Below the pieces are notes generated by a model, which did no database searches, was not told the DNA's origin, and saw only the letters and a program-made list of their open reading frames with translations. DNA of 30,953 nucleotides. Source: a virus. Its lineage: Duplodnaviria > Caudoviricetes. Location of the stretch: positions 1 through 30,953 of IMG/VR virus record IMGVR_UViG_3300034411_000505, one strand, 5' to 3'. Position numbers and translations under genes: made by a program. Positions 9,713 through 18,871 of the stretch are shown piece after piece (position 1 is the first letter of the stretch; each line of letters opens with the position of its first letter).

Positions 9713-10362
9713 TAGTTCTTAATATTGTTTTGTTTTCTGGCTCTTAACCACCCCTCAAAGCTACTTTTCGATAGCGTCTTTTTGGCTTCTGCTATGATTT
9801 CCTTCTCGCTCAACTCTGGAAGCGTTGCCGCTGGTTGGTCTTCGTTTTCGTATGCAAATCTTATAGGATTTCCGTTCAATTCTGAAAGAGTAAGGTCACA
9901 CCATCGGGCTTCTGACAGCCTCATGTTCCATGTTTCTTTTAGTGTGGTTCCTGCTTTGCTTATCAAGTTCATCACTAGCGCCAGCATTGCAGGACTCTTT
10001 ACCTCTCGCGTGCTTGCTCCCTCTGCCTGTTTCACGTCCCACAGGATAGGCGAGCATGTCTGCACATCCATCCACAACCTGAGCTTCTCTGTGTTCCTCT
10101 TGAAAGGTTTCTTCCTGTTTGTCAAGATATATCTGAACACATCCCGAAGCCGTGGTTTCAGGTCTGGAGTGTTTGGATATTGGCATGAAACAACCTTGCA
10201 GAACACAAGCAGATCATGAGGCAGGACGCGTCCCGTCTCTTTTATTACAGGGCTGTCAATTGCGGTTAAAATAACCACGTGCCAAGGTGTAAGATTCGTG
10301 AGCTTATACCCGCAAATCTTAACCTCGCAACCGATCACCCCGTTAAAGAATCGGTCATCCAT
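9712..10362 (-). CDS. Putative tail assembly chaperone
   Basis: Lies between tail tube and tape measure; TAATG overlap with the tape measure start. Confidence 0.55.
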   Translation of the reverse strand: MDDRFFNGVIGCEVKICGYKLTNLTPWHVVILTAIDSPVIKETGRVLPHDLLVFCKVVSCQYPNTPDLKPRLRDVFRYILTNRKKPFKRNTEKLRLWMDVQTCSPILWDVKQAEGASTREVKSPAMLALVMNLISKAGTTLKETWNMRLSEARWCDLTLSELNGNPIRFAYENEDQPAATLPELSEKEIIAEAKKTLSKSSFEGWLRARKQNNIKN

Positions 10363-10366
10363 TAGA

Positions 10367-10717
10367 CTAGGTTAGTGTAATGTATTCGCTGGTTTTGAAG
10401 TTGTAGGAATACTCAGCGTAGCCGTCGTGGCTTAGTGTGAGAGTGCGCCCGGTAAGGTAGTATGTTACTGAATCATAGTCAAACTGCGCCCCCATAGCTT
10501 CGGGTGTGTGGCCCGTGTCTTTAAAATTAAGAGTCACGCTACCTGTAGTGTGGATGTCGTCCATGCGCTCCTCGATCACGTTACCGCTCTCGTTCTTGAT
10601 TTCCGCAGTGTTGTTAAACTCATCTCCAAAGTTAATAGATGTGACAACAGCCGCCGTGAATGTTCCTGTGTTGATTCCGTATACGTGGACGTCTGCTCCT
10701 TTTGTAATTGATGCCAT
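10367..10717 (-). CDS. Putative major tail tube protein
   Basis: 116 aa, beta-rich, Thr-rich and acidic; canonical position; preceded by the GTTGAATTC motif. Confidence 0.6.
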   Translation of the reverse strand: MASITKGADVHVYGINTGTFTAAVVTSINFGDEFNNTAEIKNESGNVIEERMDDIHTTGSVTLNFKDTGHTPEAMGAQFDYDSVTYYLTGRTLTLSHDGYAEYSYNFKTSEYITLT

Positions 10718-10738
10718 AATTTAAAATTTTGATTCAGT

Positions 10739-10755
10739 ATTGCGACGAATTCAAC
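10739..10755 (-). promoter_or_regulatory. GTTGAATTC-N4-CAAT motif copy
   Basis: Overlaps the stop of 10751..11227 and lies upstream of tail tube ATG 10717. Confidence 0.5.
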
Positions 10756-11227
10756 CAACTATCTGGACTAGCGCTGTGCATGAAGCTGTAAACCTCCATT
10801 CCGTGCCTTCTGTTTCAAGGTCAATCTTTGTGTCCCCGATGTAGTGCAGGTGCAATCCTTTGACCTTCCTTGTGTCTCGCTTGGCTTTAGGCTTGTTTAT
10901 CTCTGACTGCATACCAGCTAGGTCATCGAGCCTACACTCTAGCTCTATAGCCAGCCCTTCAAGCGTTGCTTTGTTTGTCTCCTCTGAGTCTGCGTAGATC
11001 GTCACCGATACCTCGGCGTCTCTGGAATTCATACTAGCCGCCGTGTCGCTCGTCCTTGATATGCTATCGCATCCAACAACCATACAAGGCAAGCTCTCTG
11101 GTGCCTCGTTTGCGCTGCTTTGCTCTATTACTCCGCAACCCTTAAACGATCCCGTTCTTACAAGGTAATTTTTAATTGCCAATTCTAGCTTGTAGCCTGC
11201 TGGCTTCTGTGTCTTTTTCGGTTTCAT
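10751..11227 (-). CDS. Putative tail terminator / completion protein
   Basis: 158 aa, motif ESLPCMVV, position just before the tail tube; ATGA coupling. Confidence 0.55.
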   Translation of the reverse strand: MKPKKTQKPAGYKLELAIKNYLVRTGSFKGCGVIEQSSANEAPESLPCMVVGCDSISRTSDTAASMNSRDAEVSVTIYADSEETNKATLEGLAIELECRLDDLAGMQSEINKPKAKRDTRKVKGLHLHYIGDTKIDLETEGTEWRFTASCTALVQIVG

Positions 11228-11985
11228 GTTCTTCTGATTCTTTTTCTTGCTCTGCTTTTAATCATTCTTTCAACTAGCTTCTCGACCTTGCCGAGCCTTA
11301 GCCGCCACAGGTAACTTGTGGATGTTGTTTTGAATACGTATTTAGATCTATTGGTTACCGTCACTGATGCTTTACTGTTTTTACCCTCAACGATGCCCAG
11401 ACCTTTCGTCCTGTGTGTATTCTTTTTAGCCCATGCTGGAATGCCCCTAGTTCCTCCCAGTTGAGCTGCTGCTTTAGCCCAGCCGCTCTTACCCTCACCT
11501 ACACGCTTCATCGCAGCGCGGGCGTATTGATTAACTGCTGGAAACCCTTTTGTTACATACAGCTTATTCCATGACTTACCAGAAAGCCTCCTCTTGTGCA
11601 TCCTGCCGCCGTCAAACAAACCAATCTCAAACGATCCTCCTAGTATTGCAGATGCTAGCTGTTTAGCCTTCGAGAAATCACCTCGCCTAACATACTTCGC
11701 AAACCTAGCCGCCGCGCCACCTCCAGCCTTTCGGCTTACGGCGACCTTCAAATCCTCGGCTTTCTTGTATGTGCTGAATATTGTCTTTTCTACTTTGCGC
11801 TTTGTGTCGTCTCCGTCTGACTTCTTGTCTCCAAATGGCGCTGTAAACTTGGCAGCGTCAACTGCAAACAGCCGCCCCTGCGCCCTTAGTATATCCTCGA
11901 CAGGCTCACCAGACAGCGCTACGAGCTTCTGTATAGCCTTCCTAAATCGCGCCTCGTCGCGCTTGGACATCTTGGCGCTTATCAT
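11224..11985 (-). CDS. Basic neck / tail-completion protein (lambda gpZ / HK97 gp10-like position)
   Basis: Very K/R-rich; likely start MISAKMSKR at 11985 via TAATG overlap (the ORF track starts at 12063). Confidence 0.55.
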   Translation of the reverse strand: MISAKMSKRDEARFRKAIQKLVALSGEPVEDILRAQGRLFAVDAAKFTAPFGDKKSDGDDTKRKVEKTIFSTYKKAEDLKVAVSRKAGGGAAARFAKYVRRGDFSKAKQLASAILGGSFEIGLFDGGRMHKRRLSGKSWNKLYVTKGFPAVNQYARAAMKRVGEGKSGWAKAAAQLGGTRGIPAWAKKNTHRTKGLGIVEGKNSKASVTVTNRSKYVFKTTSTSYLWRLRLGKVEKLVERMIKSRARKRIRRT

Positions 11986-12293
11986 TACTCTTGAATCCTG
12001 TTTGGCTCTATTAGCGATATTGTCGTCATCGCTCTTCCCTGTCTGAAATTCTCCACCTTCCACTTCTTTCCGCAGGCATTAACAGCCGCGCCCTTTCTCA
12101 GTTTAATGTTGTCATCAGTGGGGAATTGGTAGTCAACGTCTCTGTTCTCCCTGCTTCCTCCCATCATATCCCTGTCGGTGTCTACTTCCGCAGGGATGGC
12201 GTAGATAGTTTGCCCGTCTATCTCTATCTTCTCAGCGCCTAGCGATCCCATCTGGCGAGATAAAACTGATTTAACTTTTTGCTGTATATTCAT
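11985..12293 (-). CDS. Putative head-closure / head-tail joining protein (gpFII-like)
   Basis: 102 aa, beta-rich, ends GKKWKVENF..MTTISL; synteny. Confidence 0.55.
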   Translation of the reverse strand: MNIQQKVKSVLSRQMGSLGAEKIEIDGQTIYAIPAEVDTDRDMMGGSRENRDVDYQFPTDDNIKLRKGAAVNACGKKWKVENFRQGRAMTTISLIEPNRIQE

Positions 12294-12298
12294 GATAT

Positions 12299-12330
12299 AA
12301 AAAAAGCCCCTCCCCGCGAAAGGGAGAGGC
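12299..12330 (-). terminator. Rho-independent terminator after the capsid genes
   Basis: Minus strand GCCTCTCCC-TTTCGC-GGGGAGGGGC followed by TTTTTTT. Confidence 0.85.
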
Positions 12331-12366
12331 TAAGTTGTGTTAATTGCAACGCAAATTTAATTGTAT

Positions 12367-12597
12367 TTACTTGGATTTTGTTGCCTTTTTAACTGATTTT
12401 TTAGGTGCTGGTTTTGCAACCTTGGCAAATCTCTTGTGTCGGGTTCTGCCCTGGTGCTTGTCAACAACCTCAACAACCTCGAAGCCGTCTTCGGCTGTCA
12501 TGGTTTTAAACTTTCTGCGGATATCCACAGGCTGACCGTCTTCGATCAGCTCCCGCTTTCCGGACTTAGTGCCGATTAGTAATGCGTAGTTCGCCAT
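12367..12597 (-). CDS. Small basic protein downstream of the capsid gene
   Basis: 76 aa with Lys-rich tail; lies between capsid and terminator. Confidence 0.6.
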   Translation of the reverse strand: MANYALLIGTKSGKRELIEDGQPVDIRRKFKTMTAEDGFEVVEVVDKHQGRTRHKRFAKVAKPAPKKSVKKATKSK

Positions 12598-12615
12598 TTT
12601 TTCGAGTTGTTAAAA

Positions 12616-13509
12616 TTAAGCGGAAACTAGTCGCTTGATGCCAGTGCTGATGCCTGTCTCGTATCCGTAAACGGACTCGATGAGGCTCTTGCGAACACCG
12701 CTGTCCTCAGAATACCAGTCACGGAAACCAAGGGTGATACCGCCTTCGCCGACAAGGGCTTCAGCACGGTTATACTTGTGCCCCTCTTGAGGAGCAAGGT
12801 AGCGGAAAGCGGAAGCGATTCCGTTGCCGTCGGTAGCGAATCCTACAAGGTTCTCACCGTTGGCAGGGATTGCGTTGGACATGATGACCTTGAAGCCGTG
12901 AAGCATTGGGATGTCACCGTTCTGGATGGCGTTGTAGCCGTATCCGCTGGTGTCCTTGATTGCACCACTCTTGCGAAGTGCGGCGATGTATGAAGGGGAA
13001 AGAACCAGATAACGATCGTCTTGTGCCCAGTCTGCGCTGTCGCAGTCTTCTGCAACGTCTGCAACATCGTCCTCATCAAATGTTCCAGCAGCGCCGGTGA
13101 AGGAAGCCGCGCCGAAGTTGGCGTTGGTTACTTCGCTGAGAATGTCCTGCATGACGGTCTTGGCGAGCAGGTTACCTTTACGGCGGCCAAACTTCTCCAT
13201 GCTCAATACTGAGCTGTTAGCGATCTCGCTGTCGTCAAGTCCCCAAGAAACGTATTTAGGTTGTCCCATTGTGACCTCTACAGCGTCTGAGTCTGCATCC
13301 TGCACAGCGTATGCGCCGTGGCTGGTCTTGTCGAGTGCCGCGTCGATTGCTGAGTTATCACGCATAATGCTGACCTTCTCCCCGCGCCTTACGGCATCGG
13401 ATGAAAAGTCGGCGGTAAGTGCGGACAACGGCGCAATAGCGGTTGTGTATCCTTCTAGAACCGAACGAGAGATGATGTCGTCGTTAATTCCTGTAATTGA
13501 ATTAGCCAT
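12616..13509 (-). CDS. Major capsid protein (HK97 fold)
   Basis: 297 aa directly after protease/scaffold. Pattern RGEKVSI..., YLVLSPSYIAALRK, G.IPMLHGFKVIMSN.IP; followed by a strong terminator. Confidence 0.85.
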   Translation of the reverse strand: MANSITGINDDIISRSVLEGYTTAIAPLSALTADFSSDAVRRGEKVSIMRDNSAIDAALDKTSHGAYAVQDADSDAVEVTMGQPKYVSWGLDDSEIANSSVLSMEKFGRRKGNLLAKTVMQDILSEVTNANFGAASFTGAAGTFDEDDVADVAEDCDSADWAQDDRYLVLSPSYIAALRKSGAIKDTSGYGYNAIQNGDIPMLHGFKVIMSNAIPANGENLVGFATDGNGIASAFRYLAPQEGHKYNRAEALVGEGGITLGFRDWYSEDSGVRKSLIESVYGYETGISTGIKRLVSA

Positions 13510-13543
13510 TATTTTATTTTGGTTTTATTGTTGTTTGTAGTGA

Positions 13544-13999
13544 TTAGCCCGCAAGTAGTGCGGCCTTGTTCTCCTGCCAGAAAGCGGATGCTTTCGACGG
13601 GTTAGATTGTTGTAGTTCGCGATATTCAGCAAGAAGTTGTCCTGCGTCCATTGTTGCCTCCTCCTCGACAGCCTCGACTGGCTCAGAAACTCCAAGCTCT
13701 GCCATTTTAGCTGATGCTGCGGCGGATACTTTAGCGTCAAAGTCGCTCTGGTTTTCCTCGGTCTCTTTAAGGTGGTTTGAGATTTCCTCGTTCTGCTCGC
13801 CTGCTACCTTGAGCTGTGTTTCAAGCTCGTCTAGCTTTGCAGTGATTTCTTCAATCTTGGCGCTTGCCTCTGAAAGGTCTTGAGCCAATCCTTTAGCCTC
13901 TGCTTCGCGTGAGTTAGCCAACTCTACCAGCTCAACATTTTCAGCTTCTGCTGTTGCGAGTCTATCCTTGATTTCGTTATCTTTTGAGAAAATAGCCAT
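13544..13999 (-). CDS. Putative nested in-frame scaffold protein (MAIFSKDN..., 151 aa)
   Basis: Internal ATG after a low-complexity linker with an A-rich leader and the GTTGAATTC-N4-CAAT motif at 14023-14039; analogous to lambda C/Nu3. Confidence 0.55.
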   Translation of the reverse strand: MAIFSKDNEIKDRLATAEAENVELVELANSREAEAKGLAQDLSEASAKIEEITAKLDELETQLKVAGEQNEEISNHLKETEENQSDFDAKVSAAASAKMAELGVSEPVEAVEEEATMDAGQLLAEYRELQQSNPSKASAFWQENKAALLAG

Positions 14000-14656
14000 G
14001 TCTGTGTTATTAGTAATTGTAGATTGTTGTGAATTCAACTGATTCTGTGCTTCATCGTCTTGTTGATCTAATCCATCCTTAATGATTGTATCAATAAAAC
14101 CGTTTTCTTTAGCCTGCTCTGCGTCCATCCATGTTTCTTTCTTCATCATGGCTCGCATGTCTTCTGCATCCTTGCCCGATCTCTCAGCGTAAAGTGTTGC
14201 GATTTCTGCGCTGATGCTTTCAAGAAGTTCTGATTGCGTTTTTAATTGCGCGGCGTCTCCGTGTGCAAGTGTGCTTGCTTCATGGATCATTACCCTGCTT
14301 CCTTGTGTCATTTTGCGGTTGTCTCCAGCCATCAAGATAACACTTCCCATAGATGCCGCTAGTCCCGATACGGTTGTCGTAACCTCTACGCCGCGAGACG
14401 AGATGCCGCTGAGTGCGTTGTATATGCGCTGACCCTCCATGACTGATCCGCCAGGCGAGTTGATCTCTACGTTCACGGATTCCAGAGCGTTGTCAGCACT
14501 GCATACAACGTCTCCAATCTTCATGTTCTCAACGACTGCCGCGCTACCATAAAGACGCTCTAGCTCGTCGATTAGATCGTCCGCTGAGTCCTTGTGGACA
14601 ACCTCGTTCAGTTTAACTGTTGCCGCCCTGTTTTCTATGTTTAAATATTTATTCAT
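13544..14656 (-). CDS. ClpP-type prohead maturation protease with C-terminal coiled-coil scaffold domain
   Basis: S14 motifs INSPGGSV, GLAASMGS, MIHEAS and ETWMDAEQAKENGFID. Likely start MNKYLNIEN at 14656, overlapping the portal end. Confidence 0.9.
   Translation of the reverse strand: MNKYLNIENRAATVKLNEVVHKDSADDLIDELERLYGSAAVVENMKIGDVVCSADNALESVNVEINSPGGSVMEGQRIYNALSGISSRGVEVTTTVSGLAASMGSVILMAGDNRKMTQGSRVMIHEASTLAHGDAAQLKTQSELLESISAEIATLYAERSGKDAEDMRAMMKKETWMDAEQAKENGFIDTIIKDGLDQQDDEAQNQLNSQQSTITNNTDMAIFSKDNEIKDRLATAEAENVELVELANSREAEAKGLAQDLSEASAKIEEITAKLDELETQLKVAGEQNEEISNHLKETEENQSDFDAKVSAAASAKMAELGVSEPVEAVEEEATMDAGQLLAEYRELQQSNPSKASAFWQENKAALLAG
14023..14039 (-). promoter_or_regulatory. 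GTTGAATTC-N4-CAAT motif copy, internal to the protease gene
   Basis: Lies upstream of internal ATG 13999. Confidence 0.45.
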
Positions 14657-16124
14657 CTGTTGTTTGTTCTTGTTCGTTTGATTGCTCTCCCATCTCGTTA
14701 GGTGTGAGCATCTGCAATTCTCTATCGTCAATTTTTGTATTTGTTCTGGCTTCCACTTCTGCTTTTATCGCCTTGCGTTCTGCGATCTCCTCGCATCGCT
14801 CGCGGATGTGTTCTGCGTGTGTCTTGCCCTTCTCCTGCAACAAGCCGGTCATGTTTAATGCTCCGATCTTGTATTCGTCGATCTGGGTTTTCGAATCGTT
14901 CCTTGGATCAATTGAAACTTTCGGCGGCATTGTGAAGTCCCACTTATACCAATCGTCTGATGCTGGAAGGATTCCCATTTTCACCGCTTTAGCAATAGCC
15001 CAGCTAATGATGCGTTTTGCAGGCTTCCGTAATACGTCCTGCCTCGCCTCAACACTAGCTCTGGCTCTGGCTTGTATGTTTCTGATGGTCGTTCCGTTTG
15101 CTCCGTCTGACTTCCAGACAAGCTCTGACGGCCACGGTATGCCTGCAAGCGCCTGTCTAATAATGCGATCTTGGAATGAATCCCACATGTCACCAGGTCT
15201 ATTGTGCGAGATGCTCTCTATCTTGCTTCCACTGTTGCTTTTAAAGTGTCTTACCATGCCGCCAGAGTAAGTATTGACAGCGAGCCTGTCGTCGTCTCCA
15301 GCCTGCCCCGTGAGCAGTGTTGTAGGGTCGTCTAGGTCTACGCCTCCTGTCTCGTTGTATTCAACAAGCGCATGCGCTGATAGCATCATCTGTGCCATTA
15401 GCTCAAACTCCTCTGATGTTTTAGATTTACGCAGCTCGGTTATTGCGTGGGTCAAGCTGGGTATGCCCCTTGATTGACCATGCCACGATGGATCAGCGAT
15501 ATGGACGATGTCGCGGGCATCGATGTATTGATCCTCTGACTCATCCGCGCCTAGCAAGCAATAGGCAGCAGGTGCGCCAGCTTTGTTTTCAACTACGCCG
15601 TTTCTTATCTTCAAGCCTTTATATGTTCCGCGCTCTACTCTATCTACTCCGTTTCGAGTGCCGACCCTGTGAGCTGGTATGTGTTGAATCTGTGGGTATC
15701 CCGTCTTAGTTTGCGTCAGCAATACGAACACGTCTCCATCCCTATCTACTGCCGCCGAGTCAAGCCACAGGTTTGTTTTGAAGTCGTAAAGGTTGCCTTT
15801 AACATCGCAAACACTGAACCATGATTTAAGAAATTCTTTAGCTTGGTTTCCGAAGTCCGTGTCCTTTCCTTTGAACTCTGGCTCCCATGCCCTGCCGACC
15901 ACACCGTCCGCCTTCTGGAATATTGCCCCACGTGGTACTCCAAAGTTTGAGAATATTAGTCGTGATTGTGAGACTGTAGACCTCCAGTCGTTCTGGCTAA
16001 ATAAATCATCAAGATCTCGCGAAAAGTCTGGTATCCAAGGATTTCCCCTGTCGCTTCTATCAGTAGCTGCAACGAGTTTGCGCGGTCCAGTCGTCGTGGG
16101 GTTTCCGTTTGAGTCTAGTATCAT
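14649..16124 (-). CDS. Portal protein, lambda family
   Basis: 491 aa. ILDSNGNP start, DRDGDVFV, DIVHI.D...GQSRGIP, IDPRND; lies between terminase and protease. Confidence 0.9.
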   Translation of the reverse strand: MILDSNGNPTTTGPRKLVAATDRSDRGNPWIPDFSRDLDDLFSQNDWRSTVSQSRLIFSNFGVPRGAIFQKADGVVGRAWEPEFKGKDTDFGNQAKEFLKSWFSVCDVKGNLYDFKTNLWLDSAAVDRDGDVFVLLTQTKTGYPQIQHIPAHRVGTRNGVDRVERGTYKGLKIRNGVVENKAGAPAAYCLLGADESEDQYIDARDIVHIADPSWHGQSRGIPSLTHAITELRKSKTSEEFELMAQMMLSAHALVEYNETGGVDLDDPTTLLTGQAGDDDRLAVNTYSGGMVRHFKSNSGSKIESISHNRPGDMWDSFQDRIIRQALAGIPWPSELVWKSDGANGTTIRNIQARARASVEARQDVLRKPAKRIISWAIAKAVKMGILPASDDWYKWDFTMPPKVSIDPRNDSKTQIDEYKIGALNMTGLLQEKGKTHAEHIRERCEEIAERKAIKAEVEARTNTKIDDRELQMLTPNEMGEQSNEQEQTTDE

Positions 16125-16128
16125 AAGA

Positions 16129-16404
16129 TTATCCTATTTGCCCCCAGCTCTTAGAGGTGGTTTTAACTCCGCATTCAATCATGTGTAGCGCCTTGTCTAG
16201 TGCTGATGCCCACTCTGCATTGGTCATCGTCGCTATCTGTGAGAACGAAGCGCCGTTAGCAGACGCCCCGACTAGATGCCCGCCGTTATTATCAGCAATT
16301 TCCTCGATAGCTGCGTCGAGCCACTTCTCTAGCTTCTTTTTGTTTGCACTGCTCCTTGCGCCGTAGCGTCTAAGCGTGCCAATGAATCCCGATGCAATAG
16401 CCAT
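16129..16404 (-). CDS. Small head-completion protein (lambda gpW position)
   Basis: 91 aa between terminase large subunit and portal. Confidence 0.55.
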   Translation of the reverse strand: MAIASGFIGTLRRYGARSSANKKKLEKWLDAAIEEIADNNGGHLVGASANGASFSQIATMTNAEWASALDKALHMIECGVKTTSKSWGQIG

Positions 16405-16410
16405 TACTAA

Positions 16411-16427
16411 TCTGTTTTGAATTCAAC
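16411..16427 (-). promoter_or_regulatory. GTTGAATTC-N4-CAGA motif copy
   Basis: In the 31 nt gap between the terminase stop and ATG 16404. Confidence 0.5.
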
Positions 16428-16435
16428 CGACATTA

Positions 16436-18181
16436 TTAAACCTCCTCCTCCGTGTTGAATACGCCGTAAATCGACGCCGCGACTATCTGCATTGTCTCGC
16501 AGTCCCAGAGGTGGTTCCCGACCCATTTCTTTTTGACGACATAGCGCCACCGACCCGGCGACACCTCCACCTTTTTCTCGTTCTGAATTTGTTTTTTATA
16601 CTCCGCTGAGTAGTCGCTTCCAATGTGCCACCCTGCGCCTTCTCCGCGCATCAGTGCCGCCAGCGTATCCTTGGCGAGTAGGTTTGAAAACTTCACATAC
16701 CGCCACCGCAGACCCTTAGTAGTTCGCGCTCTTTTGATTGTTGAGAACGGCCTCGTTACCTGCTTGTTATTAACCTTGATTGCATAGCCGTTTGACTCCT
16801 CGCCAAGTAAACAATTCCACGTGGCTGGGTCGTCTTTTGTTGCCGCTCTGCTACACTCTAGCGCGACTGTCTCAGGTCTGTATCCACGGTCGACAAATAC
16901 AAACCTGTTCTCCACTTTCATTTTTTCTTGAAGTATCCTCAGACCTTCCCACTCGTTCGTTCTGCCCTCATACATTAGACAGCTCTCACCCTCTCCGCTC
17001 CAAGCCCTAATAACAACAAAGAAACAGTCTTGCTGCACGTCAACGGTCATAAATCTGACAATCTCCTTCTCCCATTTTGCGCCGTCGTGATACTTGTTCA
17101 GTCTGTATATTTCTGTTGATCCTTTTAGTGTAATCGTCTCTTGCGGCTCTTCCCAGCTCTGAGCTAGCCGCTTCTGGATGAACTGCCTGAATGGCGCCAT
17201 GTTTAGTTTTTTACGGGCGTCCTGTGCTGATACCCACTCACCTACTAGCTTCTTCCACTCGATCCACCACACAGCCATTGCTGGGTATGTCATTGAAACT
17301 CTGCCGGGCTTGTGGTTGTTGTTCCTGCTAACGTATCTCCCAGATTTAGACAGTCCCCTGCGGACGTCTGGCTTGTCTTTGAATTTCTTTTTGCACTTCT
17401 TATTCGCGCACTCGTAATAAACGGACTTTCCTATTTTGTCCCAGTCCCAGTCTCCGGCTTTAGTTTTGTGGTGTTTGTATTTTACTTGCTTCCACTCCCA
17501 CGGCTGAACGGTCTTACATGTAGGACACTCAAAACAGAAATCGTGAATGTTGCCATCCTTGAATGCCACGTCCAACTGGTCTCCATCGCTTCCACCTTGA
17601 GAGACTAGAACTACTCTGCTGTTCCATCGGTCATGTGTTCTGCGCCGTGCCTCCTCCAGCATGCCATCTTTCCAAATCCAAACCTCATCCCCGTATACCC
17701 ACCTGATAGACTTGGACTGCAAATTACTAATATTAGCACCACCCATAAACAGCGGCATGTGTGGGAATAAGATTTCATTCTTTCTAAAATTGCCTCGATG
17801 TTTTCCTGTCGGGATCAGTGGCTTGACCTTTTCGTTCAGCTTGAGCGATGGGTGAAACCTTGTATCTACCCAGTCCCTCGCGTCGTTGTCTGTTTGGAAT
17901 GTTACCAGCGTAGGCCCTGGTTCTTCTGATATAATCCAAGGAAGCAAGCCCTCGAGCATCGTCGTTTTCCCTGATCCAACTGGAGCAATGAGGACGACTT
18001 CTCTGTTTTCGTCGTCTGCAATCTGCATCATCGGAAACCTTAGCCAGGGCGTCGAGTCAATGTCAAATTGTGGAGACCTCGCGGACTGTGGTAGCTTGAC
18101 ATATTTACACGCCCATTCGACCACTGACAGGTCACTCGGCGGCTTCATCGCTTTGGCAAATTGTGTAAGTGCTAATCCCAT
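16436..18181 (-). CDS. Terminase large subunit, lambda GpA family
   Basis: Walker A-like APVGSGKT, Walker B WVYGDEV, CPTC...YECANKKC zinc motif, nuclease motifs MTVDVQ, FVDRGY and NHLWDCE. Confidence 0.93.
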   Translation of the reverse strand: MGLALTQFAKAMKPPSDLSVVEWACKYVKLPQSARSPQFDIDSTPWLRFPMMQIADDENREVVLIAPVGSGKTTMLEGLLPWIISEEPGPTLVTFQTDNDARDWVDTRFHPSLKLNEKVKPLIPTGKHRGNFRKNEILFPHMPLFMGGANISNLQSKSIRWVYGDEVWIWKDGMLEEARRRTHDRWNSRVVLVSQGGSDGDQLDVAFKDGNIHDFCFECPTCKTVQPWEWKQVKYKHHKTKAGDWDWDKIGKSVYYECANKKCKKKFKDKPDVRRGLSKSGRYVSRNNNHKPGRVSMTYPAMAVWWIEWKKLVGEWVSAQDARKKLNMAPFRQFIQKRLAQSWEEPQETITLKGSTEIYRLNKYHDGAKWEKEIVRFMTVDVQQDCFFVVIRAWSGEGESCLMYEGRTNEWEGLRILQEKMKVENRFVFVDRGYRPETVALECSRAATKDDPATWNCLLGEESNGYAIKVNNKQVTRPFSTIKRARTTKGLRWRYVKFSNLLAKDTLAALMRGEGAGWHIGSDYSAEYKKQIQNEKKVEVSPGRWRYVVKKKWVGNHLWDCETMQIVAASIYGVFNTEEEV

Positions 18182-18714
18182 TCTTGTGTGTTGTATAGCT
18201 TATCCATCTCGTCGCTTAGCTGAGTGTCGATCTTGATCATGTATTCTTTAATCTTTGCCTTCATCTCTGGCGCTGAGAGACCTTCCAGCATTGCTGGTAA
18301 ATCTGCCGAGCATTTCTTGTGCGCTGCTTGGTTGGCTCTAGCGATACGTTCCATGTCGTTTATCACGTCTTCCCTGTGGACGTATTCCGCCTCTAGGATG
18401 GCAATCTGTCTTAGCTTGTGCTTTGCGTCGATTTGGGTTTTGAGCGTTCTTGATCCGTTGTAGTCATCCTGTGCCATCTGGTCCAGCTCTTTGAACAGGT
18501 CACGCTCCCCGCTTTGCTTTGGCTTTTCTTTCTCTGGCTCATCCTCCCACGGTGGACCTTTAATCCATGCCTTGGGTTGTGTTCGCCTAGACATGATCTC
18601 CTTAGCCACAGCTTCCTTGTCGTATATGTCCACGCCCTGTTCGTTGAGCTTACACACCACGTATGGCGACAGTTGATACTCTGCGGCTAATTGTCTTTGG
18701 CTCGGTTTGCTCAT
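18172..18714 (-). CDS. Terminase small subunit (Nu1-like)
   Basis: N-terminal HTH-like SQRQLAAEYQLS, helical body; overlaps the GpA start. Confidence 0.7.
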   Translation of the reverse strand: MSKPSQRQLAAEYQLSPYVVCKLNEQGVDIYDKEAVAKEIMSRRTQPKAWIKGPPWEDEPEKEKPKQSGERDLFKELDQMAQDDYNGSRTLKTQIDAKHKLRQIAILEAEYVHREDVINDMERIARANQAAHKKCSADLPAMLEGLSAPEMKAKIKEYMIKIDTQLSDEMDKLYNTQEWD

Positions 18715-18871
18715 TGATTGATTATCGGTTGATTATCGGTTGAAATGGTTTTGCGTGTTTGAGTTGGATTTGAAAAAAATGGCGTTTTTTAACAAAGGAT
18801 GCATGATGACCTCATTTAACGATTTTTTTTAAAAAGATTCCTTGCGGGGGGTGGGTTTTTTTAAAATAATA
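18715..18871. other. Non-coding region upstream of terS; candidate cos/pac packaging site
   Basis: 11-bp tandem repeat TTGATTATCGG (18718-18743), A/T homopolymer tracts and a GCGGGGGGTGGG block; same position as lambda cos. Confidence 0.4.

Noticed and set aside
9712-10362. Programmed -1 frameshift in the tail assembly chaperone
   Set aside because: A single ORF fills the space between tube and tape measure; no second ORF or convincing slippery site was identified.
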